NCBI GenBank assembly: GCA_965216785.1
Contig: OZ244197.1
Span: 2,464,001-2,528,000, forward strand
Reading direction: 5' to 3'
DNA length: 64,000 bases
Source: Thermodesulfobacteriota bacterium
GTDB lineage: Bacteria; Desulfobacterota_D; UBA1144; Nemesobacterales; UBA2774
A model generated the notes under the pieces. The model ran no database searches and was not told the DNA's origin. It saw nothing but the letters and a program-made list of their open reading frames with translations. Position 1 is the stretch's first letter, and the number at the start of each line of letters is the position of its first letter. Shown one piece after another: positions 53,633 to 61,826 of this stretch. A program made the position numbers and the translations under genes.

Positions 53633-54625
53633 TTATGTTTGGATACCCTTTTCAAAATTTGATCTTAAATTTTCCAACAATTCTTCCCAATCTATGCAGT
53701 AGTAATAATTACCCAAACTAGTCATACTGCTGAAATATTTATTTTTGTCTAAGGAATCCTTATCGTATCCAAGCCTAAACTTAAGAGAATTGAGAAAGCG
53801 CAAATCTAAGTATAATTCCGAGGCTTTATGAGTTTTTTCTTTAATGGCTAATTTTACTGTTGTGTCAATCTCTATAAGTTGAGCAAACGGAATACCAAAA
53901 CTATTGAGAGAGATATGGTTCTTAGTATCAGATATGTGAGTTAATGAATCCTCATAATATGCGTTACTACCCTGGGTGAATATTGCATAAATATCTAATC
54001 CAAGTATCTCGTTATAGACTTTCCTAACATCTTTGACAATATCCAGAATATATTCAGGATTATAAGTGTAAGAAACATTGCTTTCGAAGTGACCCACAGT
54101 CCAGTTGCTTTTTAGAATCACATTATCCGCAAATGATATAAAAGACACATCAGAATATTTTGCAGCAAGTTTATCAATCGCATCACGTAGATTGATCAGC
54201 TTTTCATAATTCAGAAGGCCATTCTTTAATGCATTTTTTACTCCGATCGCATCGATCCAACAAAATACTGAATATTGCCTCAAATGTAGATGTTCGTACC
54301 ATGAAGATTTAACAAAAATATGTGGTCTTTCACCATATATTGGACAACTCACACATGTGACAAATTGGTCCCTAGGTAGATCAATGGTGACTTCGTGGAA
54401 GGTGTACAATACATCTGGAAACCAAGATAGTTCTATTGAGTTCTCATTGATTCGTCGAGCTACAATATCACTTATAGGGTCTACGGAGACATATTCACGA
54501 GTAGAAAAACTATTAAGCATTGCATTCTCATAATCCTGCATCAAACTCTCATCCATCATATAGGATTCTTCGTTTTTAGGTACTTGGTCGAATTCATGAA
54601 CTACAAAACTCTCATGCTCAAACAT
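53633..54625 (-). CDS. AT-rich hypothetical protein; C-terminal half resembles a class III nucleotidyl-cyclase-like palm fold
   Basis: VFCWIDAIGVK...SFADNVIL...AIFTQG pattern; ATG 54625 after GGAG. Confidence 0.6.
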   Translation of the reverse strand: MFEHESFVVHEFDQVPKNEESYMMDESLMQDYENAMLNSFSTREYVSVDPISDIVARRINENSIELSWFPDVLYTFHEVTIDLPRDQFVTCVSCPIYGERPHIFVKSSWYEHLHLRQYSVFCWIDAIGVKNALKNGLLNYEKLINLRDAIDKLAAKYSDVSFISFADNVILKSNWTVGHFESNVSYTYNPEYILDIVKDVRKVYNEILGLDIYAIFTQGSNAYYEDSLTHISDTKNHISLNSFGIPFAQLIEIDTTVKLAIKEKTHKASELYLDLRFLNSLKFRLGYDKDSLDKNKYFSSMTSLGNYYYCIDWEELLENLRSNFEKGIQT

Positions 54626-54650
54626 TTGTATAACACTCCACAAGAGTAGT

Positions 54651-55655
54651 TTATGTTTCTAATTGTAAATCATCTGGACTTAGTGCTTCAACTGCTGCAA
54701 ATCCCTTGGTTTTCTTGAAATTCATATTATGAACAAAATTTTTCATAGAATCTGAAGGGTCAATCTCATCTAGATTTAATCTTTCTAATGTAGCTCTTGG
54801 AATAGCAACAGAGAGTATTGGTTGTTCTTCGATATGGCCTGTGCTTGAATTTAATAGATTATCAATTGCAGTCACAACAACAGCATTTACAGGAAGCACA
54901 GAAAACAATTCATTCGCAACCCTCAGTACACAGCTACAAATATAATCTTGATACAGTTCATAATACTTTCCCATGGGCATTTTCTTGTAAGAAACTTTGC
55001 CACTTTTTAAAAGGCTTTTTGATTCGTCTGGAATTACATCTTCACCGTGAACATTGATTGAAGCTTCAATAATACGAGATTCCCCAATTTTAAAATCAAG
55101 ACCTGAGCCTATTTCGACTATCTCTGAAAATGGGTTTAACTCTTCTATGACTTCTAAATATGCATCAACTTCTTTATCAAATAACCTAAGTGCGAGGTTT
55201 TTACTATCTTCCCAGTCAGATTTAGCTTTATCGTATTCCTCTAATGCGAACTCGTACTCATCGTCATCTAAACTTCTGCTTTTTTCGATATCATTGTATA
55301 GATCATTCTTCTTTTTTTCTGTTCTCTTAAGCAATTTATCAAACATTCCGGGTTTATATGTTTCATGCAGGTTCTTCGCATTATCTTCGTTTTTTGAGTT
55401 CCGTACTGGTTCAGTAGGCGGCTTTGAATCTCTGATGTCAGCCCAATCAATCCTCTCTGAGTATTCTTTGTGAACCGATAACAATCTATCTATAAAATTT
55501 TCATATACTTCAACTTCATAAGCTGCTTGCTCCATTGCAGCCATTCGTTCTTCTTGCAACTGTTGTTTCTCAAGCGCTCGTTGTCTTCGTCGAGAGTCTC
55601 GCTCAGCAGCTTTAATACTCGAATTCACAGACCTTACAAAACCTTTCCAACCCAT
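54651..55655 (-). CDS. AT-rich hypothetical protein with an N-terminal coiled coil and a conserved-looking C-terminal domain
   Basis: R/E/Q/A-rich N-terminus; LKSGK...YQDYIC...LRVANELF..LP...TGH.E...ILSV...R resembles, from memory, regions of DUF4236- and Mrr-associated proteins; ATG 55655 after AAAGGGGG. Confidence 0.7.
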   Translation of the reverse strand: MGWKGFVRSVNSSIKAAERDSRRRQRALEKQQLQEERMAAMEQAAYEVEVYENFIDRLLSVHKEYSERIDWADIRDSKPPTEPVRNSKNEDNAKNLHETYKPGMFDKLLKRTEKKKNDLYNDIEKSRSLDDDEYEFALEEYDKAKSDWEDSKNLALRLFDKEVDAYLEVIEELNPFSEIVEIGSGLDFKIGESRIIEASINVHGEDVIPDESKSLLKSGKVSYKKMPMGKYYELYQDYICSCVLRVANELFSVLPVNAVVVTAIDNLLNSSTGHIEEQPILSVAIPRATLERLNLDEIDPSDSMKNFVHNMNFKKTKGFAAVEALSPDDLQLET

Positions 55656-55793
55656 TTTAATACCCCCTTTGCAGATATATAAAACAAGAATTACATAATA
55701 TTTGGGTGAATGCAAAAGTTAAGAAGATAATTGGCAGATTCTCACAAACAATACCAAAATATAGGGTTGGTTCTTGCTTCGCTAACTATTTTC

Positions 55794-55875
55794 ACCCCCA
55801 TCCTAACCTTCCCCCGTCAAGGGGGAAGGAAGTATAAGAGAAAGGATGAGATTCCGGCTCGTAGGCCGGAATGAC
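55794..55875. repeat. Two adjacent REP-like hairpins
   Basis: CCTTCCCCC-GTCAA-GGGGGAAGG at 55807-55829 and ATTCCGGC-TCGTAG-GCCGGAAT at 55851-55872. Confidence 0.75.
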
Positions 55876-55899
55876 TAAATGCTGTGTTAGACTTTTTGT

Positions 55900-57168
55900 A
55901 TGGCCAGTCATAGCTTTGACTACCTAATAATAGGCGCCGGGATATTGGGCTCGGCGGTAGCGTACTCCCTTTCAAAAAGGCTGAATGAAAGGGGCAAGGG
56001 GGTCAGCATAGGAGTTTTGGACCCGGACCTCGAGGGAGAGCACTCTTCCACCCTTAAAAATGCGGGAGGAGTGAGGGCTACCTGGAGGAACCGTGCCAAT
56101 ATCTCCCTGTGTAAATTCTCTATAGAGTTCTATGAAACGATCGCAAGCGAGATACAGTTCAGAAAGCTCGGCTACTACTGGATGCACGGCGAGCGCTCCT
56201 GGGAAGAGGTAAATGAGAACTATCCGCTGTACAAGGAATACGGCTTGCCCACAGAGCTTCACCCGCCCGGGAAAATCCCGGAGCTAATGCCCTTTGTTGA
56301 TAACTTAGAGGGGATCGCCGGGCTTTCGGTATCCAGAAGAGCAGGGCTCATAGACCATTATTCTCTAAGGCAGCTATACAGAAAAGGGGCGCGGGAAATG
56401 GGAGTTAGGTTTTTTGACCGCTACTACGTCGACTCTATGTCCCTTGAAGGATCCTGCGTTACGAAAGTCACCGCATTTGACCTTACAAGCAGAGGCCAGC
56501 AAGCCGGGGGGTTGCACGATGCCGTAAAAGAACTTCTCGTAACAGGAGACGCGGGTGAGGGGGGAAGCATAGCCGAGTTTACATGCGGCACTCTCATAAA
56601 CACCTCCGGCGCCTGGGCGCCCAGGATCTCCGCTCTTTATGGATTTAACGACGAAGAGATAAAACCAAGGAGACGGCAAATGGTGGTAATGAAGAGCCAG
56701 GACGTCGATCTATCCTCTTATGGAATGGTAATAGACACATCGGATATATATTTTCATAAAGAATCGGGGGACATTCTCGCCGGCTACTCCAACATGGACG
56801 AGCCCTACGGCTACAACTTTGAATTCAGCTTCGGCGGAACGGACGAGGAAAGCCAATTTGTAAAATACATCTGGGAGCCGCTATCTAAACGAATGAGCGG
56901 GTTCGAAAAGGTAAAGCTTGTAAGGGGATGGGCCGGGATTTACGCAGAGACGCCCGACCGCTCTGGGTATCTGGGAAAGGTGCCGGGCCTTGATAACGTG
57001 TATGAGTGCGCGGGTCATACCGGAAGGGGGCTTATGATCTCCTACGGCGCGGGGGAGGCGCTCACGGACCTCATTGTCGAGGGAGAGTTCCGAGAAGGGC
57101 TCGAGCATACGCATGATCTATCAAGGGAAAGACCCTCGGGCAAGCAGTACGAAGGACTCCACTTATAG
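55900..57168 (+). CDS. FAD-dependent oxidoreductase (DAO/sarcosine oxidase beta family)
   Basis: IIGAGILG, STLKNAGGVR, GAWA, WAGIYAETPD, GHTGRGLM. Confidence 0.88.
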   Translation: MASHSFDYLIIGAGILGSAVAYSLSKRLNERGKGVSIGVLDPDLEGEHSSTLKNAGGVRATWRNRANISLCKFSIEFYETIASEIQFRKLGYYWMHGERSWEEVNENYPLYKEYGLPTELHPPGKIPELMPFVDNLEGIAGLSVSRRAGLIDHYSLRQLYRKGAREMGVRFFDRYYVDSMSLEGSCVTKVTAFDLTSRGQQAGGLHDAVKELLVTGDAGEGGSIAEFTCGTLINTSGAWAPRISALYGFNDEEIKPRRRQMVVMKSQDVDLSSYGMVIDTSDIYFHKESGDILAGYSNMDEPYGYNFEFSFGGTDEESQFVKYIWEPLSKRMSGFEKVKLVRGWAGIYAETPDRSGYLGKVPGLDNVYECAGHTGRGLMISYGAGEALTDLIVEGEFREGLEHTHDLSRERPSGKQYEGLHL

Positions 57169-57176
57169 CCGCGGCG

Positions 57177-57485
57177 CTACAGCTCGATCTGAATAGAGTC
57201 TCCGTCAATGACTACTTTATAACACCCAACGTTCTCTTCTGCCGGGGGCGTGAGTACTTCACCCGAGGTTATGTCAAACTTCGCCCCGTGCCAGGGGCAG
57301 GTGACAGTGTGTCCGTCAAGCTCGCCTTCACACAAGGGCCCGCCCACATGAGTGCATTCGTTATCTATAGCGAAGAACTGTCCGCCCGAATTAAATAGGG
57401 CTATTTCCTTGCCGTCGACCTCGACAAGCTTCGCTTCACCATCTGTAATTTCTCCAACTTTAGCTACCTCTACAGATTCAGCCAC
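57177..57485 (-). CDS. Rieske [2Fe-2S] ferredoxin
   Basis: CTHVGG...CPWHG; GTG start after GGGAG. Confidence 0.92.
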   Translation of the reverse strand: MAESVEVAKVGEITDGEAKLVEVDGKEIALFNSGGQFFAIDNECTHVGGPLCEGELDGHTVTCPWHGAKFDITSGEVLTPPAEENVGCYKVVIDGDSIQIEL

Positions 57486-57499
57486 TGGATTTCTCCCTA

Positions 57500-57826
57500 T
57501 TATTCGTCCATAAACTGTATTGCTTCCTCAAACTCCTCGGCCATCCCCGGGTGTCCGTGCCTATTGGCCGCTTCTATGCCTTTTACGTAGGCTTCCCTCG
57601 CCATCTCGGGCTGCCCTAGGTTCATGTGGCACTCGGCCAGTATCCTGTACACAGCGCCCTCATCGTCTTTGATATTCAGGTACTCGTGTATAGCGGCCAC
57701 AGCCTCTTCATACATCTCGGATTTGTAGTACTCGTTTGCGAGCCCGAACCGCCCGAGCGGGTTTTGCGGGTCTCTTTCAATCATTGCTTTTAGCGCGTCT
57801 ATTTTACTGCCGGTCAATTTTATCAC
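57500..57826 (-). CDS. Tetratricopeptide repeat protein
   Basis: FGLANEY...A and YRILAECH..LG...AREAY TPR patterns. Confidence 0.75.
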   Translation of the reverse strand: MIKLTGSKIDALKAMIERDPQNPLGRFGLANEYYKSEMYEEAVAAIHEYLNIKDDEGAVYRILAECHMNLGQPEMAREAYVKGIEAANRHGHPGMAEEFEEAIQFMDE

Positions 57827-57936
57827 CTGTTGTTTGTAGTTTGATAAATATATTACACAGATTGTTCCCCTGAATAAAATCCTGCAATTGACTGTTTGAC
57901 TTAATCCTGCATAATTGAGAGCTACTTAATCAGCTC

Positions 57937-58494
57937 ATGAACCACTCAATAAGATATAAATTAATGGACTTCCTGTTCCAGGCAATTGCCGTTAGGCAGT
58001 ACCTGATCTTCTCGGGCTGCTTCTTTGTTCTCACGGCTCTTGTAATGTTTATACTAAACGCTCAGATTATGCCCGCGGACTGCCCGGGAATGATATCACT
58101 TGAGCTAGCCTTCACAAAAGGAGCGCTGGGAGAGATTGTAAACGCGTGCGGCGCCGGCGGGGTGAGGGCGCACCAGGTAATGATTTGGGTCGATTATATA
58201 TTCATTATCTCCTACGTCGGATTCCTCGGGAACCTGCTGGGCTCTTTAGTTAGGCACATCGAGTATGAAAAGGCGCTTCTGTACTTTTCCCTACCCATTT
58301 ACGCTGGCGTGCTGGACGTCATAGAGAATACGCTTCTGCTGATCGAGCTTTCAGATACACAGAGCCTCAGCGGCATTCTGATATTTCTGGCTTCTATAGC
58401 CGCGCTGGTAAAATTCCTGCTTCTCATAGCGGCTATAGCTATCACGATTTACTATCTGTTCGAGCTTATTACAAAGAGGGCGGATTCAAGCTAG
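57937..58494 (+). CDS. Hypothetical membrane protein
   Basis: About four hydrophobic helices; SLELAFT, DYIFI and DVIEN motifs. Confidence 0.7.
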   Translation: MNHSIRYKLMDFLFQAIAVRQYLIFSGCFFVLTALVMFILNAQIMPADCPGMISLELAFTKGALGEIVNACGAGGVRAHQVMIWVDYIFIISYVGFLGNLLGSLVRHIEYEKALLYFSLPIYAGVLDVIENTLLLIELSDTQSLSGILIFLASIAALVKFLLLIAAIAITIYYLFELITKRADSS

Positions 58495-59294
58495 GCTATT
58501 CCGTTTCGCATTGAGAACTTCACAAGATCGACCAGGTTATGAATTTCGAGCTTTTTCATGATGTTGGCCCTGTGGGTCTCGACCGTCTTTACGCTTTAAG
58601 ACAGCTCCTCGGCAATACCCGAATTACTCAAACCGCTCGTAATTAACACGAGCAACCTCTGCTCCTTGGCGCTAAGCGTGTTGTACCGATCGTGCTCTTT
58701 ATCAAAGTCTTTAATAATGGTATCCGGCGCCAGATACATCGGGCTTTCGTAAACAAAGTTGTTTTCCACCACTGTCGGGTGTGTTTTCATGATCGAAATT
58801 AGATCCTGGGAGCTTATTTTATTTACAGGATACTGGTTCATCATTATTAGAGATTTCTCCATACATAGCTTGTTTAAAAATGCTTTCTTCCAAAGCCTCT
58901 CTTTATTGCTCAGGAAATAAAATAAATAGCTGTACATCACAAGCACCCTCACTGGGCTCCGTCCCTTCTCTAGTACTTTATCAAGACTAATCCTGAGATT
59001 AGAGACAATAGTGCTCGCTCTTTTATTCTCTTTTACAGAGTTTTTGATAATTATTTCTTCATAGGCCTTCGCACTCCCGTTTTCAGTACGTATTACACCG
59101 TTTCCTTCAAGCCTTGAGATAAGCTCTAGGGGCGCACGACGGTCGGATATAACAACACAAGTCAATTTACACTTGATAGAGTGTGCAAGAAACTTGGCGG
59201 CTATCTCGTAACACTCTGTATCGTTGTAATACAGATGACATAAGTGCTCATGTGCTTTAAGCGTGGGTAAGTACTGGAATATTGACTGTTGCAT
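58491..59294 (-). pseudogene. MEDS-domain plus LuxR-type HTH regulator with an in-frame TAA inside the HTH
   Basis: HEHLCHLYY (MEDS-like). The frame reads GLSNSGIAEELS*SVKTVETHRANIMKKLEIHNLVDLVKFSMRNGIA*, with TAA at 58596-58598 and the natural stop at 58491. Confidence 0.85.
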
Positions 59295-59310
59295 GTTTAA
59301 TTTATTCCCA

Positions 59311-59635
59311 GGCATCGCTCGTTCTAATTTTATTCCTGCTCTCGCTCACACGCCTCGTTCACTCGCGGTCCCCAGTCTCTGTCCCCATTCTTAATTTTAC
59401 TCCCCCGATCGGGCTTCGCCCTCCGGTCCGTCCCCATTTCGTCATTTCATCCCGCTCATCCTGAGCTCGTCGAAGGATCGCCTCTGTCCATTTATTTTAT
59501 CCTACGGGCATCGCTCCAAAGCGCTCGCCTCTGTCCATTTATTTTATTCCCGCCCCGGCATCGCTTGTTCTAATTTTATTCCAGCTCTCGCTCACACACT
59601 TCGTTCACTCGCAGCCCCCAGCCTCTGTCCCCATT
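59311..59635 (-). repeat. Modular intergenic repeat array, copy 2 (five units)
   Basis: Five units each begin AATGG(GG)AC on the minus strand; 59311-59389 and 59557-59635 are 79-bp direct repeats with 7 mismatches; the middle matches the 51.7-kb array. Confidence 0.9.
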
Positions 59636-60178
59636 ACATCTTATCAATCGTATCTTTAATAATCAGAGCGGCGTTATGGATAGAGTCAATCCTTCGCAGC
59701 ACCTCGGCATCGTCTCCGGGCGCCCCTTCCTCGAGGAATAATTCGGTACTCCCGATAATTGCGGCAAGGGCATTTTCCGTCTCCTCAATCAGCTTCCTCT
59801 GAGTTCTGTGTTTATGGAGCGCAATCTCGATTGTCGTATAAAGATCCGTTTCTTGAAACGGTTTTAATATGTAACCGTAAGGATTTGTGGTCTTTGCCCT
59901 CTTAAGGGTCTTTTCATTCGAATAAGCCGTAAGGAATATGACGGGGATGTTATAAAGCGCGCTCGTATAACCTTAGCAGCCTCGGTGCCGTCCATCTTAC
60001 CCTCCAGCATAATGTCCATTAGAACAATTTCAGGCTCAGTGCGCTCCGAAAGCTCAATCGCCTCCTCAGCCGAGCGAGCGATACCCGTTACCGAATATCC
60101 AAGGTTTTGAAGTGTTTCCTCAATATCCTTTGCGACTATAATTTCGTCTTCCACTACAAGTACTTTGATCATTTTCAT
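59634..60178 (-). pseudogene. Response regulator (REC plus helical tail), frameshifted near 59952
   Basis: VLVVEDE...LMDIML...DG...RARF continues in another frame as NIPVIFLTAYSNEKTLKRAKTTNPYGYILKPF...IKDTIDKM*. Confidence 0.85.
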
Positions 60179-60198
60179 TTATTCACCATTGAATATTG

Positions 60199-61290
60199 TT
60201 AAGCTGCGAATTCGAGTCTGAACTCGGTTTTTTCATTACGTAAGAGCGATATCTTCCCCCTGAGCTGTCTGGATAGCGACGTAACAAGCTCTAGCCCTAA
60301 TGTGCCTGAATTGTCGATATCCAGATCCTCTGGGAACTTCACTCCGTTATTGCTTACGCTCAGATAATATTTATTCCCTTCCTTTCTGAAATCAATTTTA
60401 ATCTCGCCCTGCGGATGATTTTCATCATACCCGGATCTTGGAAAACCGTGGATAATCGCATTAGATACTAGCTCGTTAACAACCAGACCGCACGGGATCG
60501 CGGTATTTAAATCCAGATATATGCTCTGTGAATCCATAACGAAATTTATATAACCGCCGCCCACGCCGTATGAGTGAAAGAGATAGTTGGTTATATTTCT
60601 CATATACGCCGTGAAATCAATTTTTGAAAGATCCTTCGATCTGTAAAGCCCTTCATGTAGAGTGGCTATGGACCTAATACGGTTCTTACTCTCGTTAAAA
60701 GACGCGACTGCGTCTTGGTCTCGTATTTGTCTTGACTGCAGATTCAGGAGACTAGATATTATCTGAAGGTTATTTTTTACCCTGTGGTGTATCTCTTTAA
60801 ACAGCACATCCTTTTCTTTCAAAGACTGTTTTAATTCTTTCTCAATGTAGCGGCGTTCGAGGATTTCTTTAATCAAAAGTATATTCGCGTTCTTTAACTC
60901 GGAATCGTCAAAACGCTCCCGCTCACCAGAACCCTCATCATTCTCTTTACCGCGATATGGAGATACATAATGCCCGGAACCCAATTTCAAGCTCTCAATT
61001 CTGAGAATTAAATCGTCTTTTACGTATCCAAACTTGCTTCTCAGGCTCTTAAAATCTTCACCGTAAAGCTCATCGCCCTTTTTAGTACCCATTAAGTTAT
61101 CAAGCTTGATACCGATATCATTTATCTCAGACAATATATATGAGAGCTCTGCCAGCTCGCCATTATAGGCGCTTTTTCCCCCAGAACCACCGTTAGCACT
61201 GTTATTATCACAGTCTTTTTTTATTTGAATGTTCTGCTCGTCTTCAGACTTTTTCATTAGATAGGAAATTTCCGGATAATTTTTATTCAC
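60199..61290 (-). CDS. Cytoplasmic histidine kinase, HisKA_2/HWE type
   Basis: KEIHHRVKNNLQIISSLL, NELVSNA..HGF, NNGV, GTLGL; no TM segment; GTG start uncertain. Confidence 0.88.
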   Translation of the reverse strand: MNKNYPEISYLMKKSEDEQNIQIKKDCDNNSANGGSGGKSAYNGELAELSYILSEINDIGIKLDNLMGTKKGDELYGEDFKSLRSKFGYVKDDLILRIESLKLGSGHYVSPYRGKENDEGSGERERFDDSELKNANILLIKEILERRYIEKELKQSLKEKDVLFKEIHHRVKNNLQIISSLLNLQSRQIRDQDAVASFNESKNRIRSIATLHEGLYRSKDLSKIDFTAYMRNITNYLFHSYGVGGGYINFVMDSQSIYLDLNTAIPCGLVVNELVSNAIIHGFPRSGYDENHPQGEIKIDFRKEGNKYYLSVSNNGVKFPEDLDIDNSGTLGLELVTSLSRQLRGKISLLRNEKTEFRLEFAA

Positions 61291-61826
61291 AATGTCATTA
61301 AAGATTTTTGGTATAGCAAATATTCTAGCATATAAAACAGTTTATATGCCAGTATATTTGAAAAATCAATAGTTTTATATATTACCCAACTACTAGACAT
61401 AACAGGCTGTTATCATTGCATAATAATGAAATATATACATAGTCACCCTAATTAAAATACAGCAAACACCCCATTGCCGCCTAGATGGGTTTTGCTATTG
61501 GAGTATAAACGGAAATTGAGGAGCCTTAGTATATTAGGTTATTTTTGATCCATGGAGAAAAATACATACAGTCTGATTGTATATAGCGTCAGAAAGAGTA
61601 ATGGCATAGAATATACTTTAAGTATATGACATAAGTATCTGTAACAATAGCATATATGTATTTATTCCATATTCTTTGTCAAATACTTTTTAACATTTAG
61701 CAAAAAATACCGTTTGTGCGGGAATTGCTAACATTCATTATTGTCACTCCCCATTGCTCTCACACTTCATACGTGCTAGAATGTAAACTCCTTAAATTAT
61801 CATATAATACAAGGAGGTTCGGTGTG

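Noticed and set aside
53633-55655. Integron gene cassettes
   Set aside because: No intI gene and no attC-like site in the 25-bp gap between the two ORFs
58596-58598. Programmed recoding (Sec/Pyl) or an alternative genetic code
   Set aside because: The codon is TAA, which ends many normal genes here; a point mutation is simpler
59311-59635. CRISPR array
   Set aside because: The constant part is only ~13-15 nt, unit lengths vary widely, payloads recur within and between loci, and no cas genes are present
61461-61497. c-di-GMP-type riboswitch in the kinase-lipoprotein spacer
   Set aside because: Only an imperfect hairpin; the GNRA/receptor two-stem architecture is not evident
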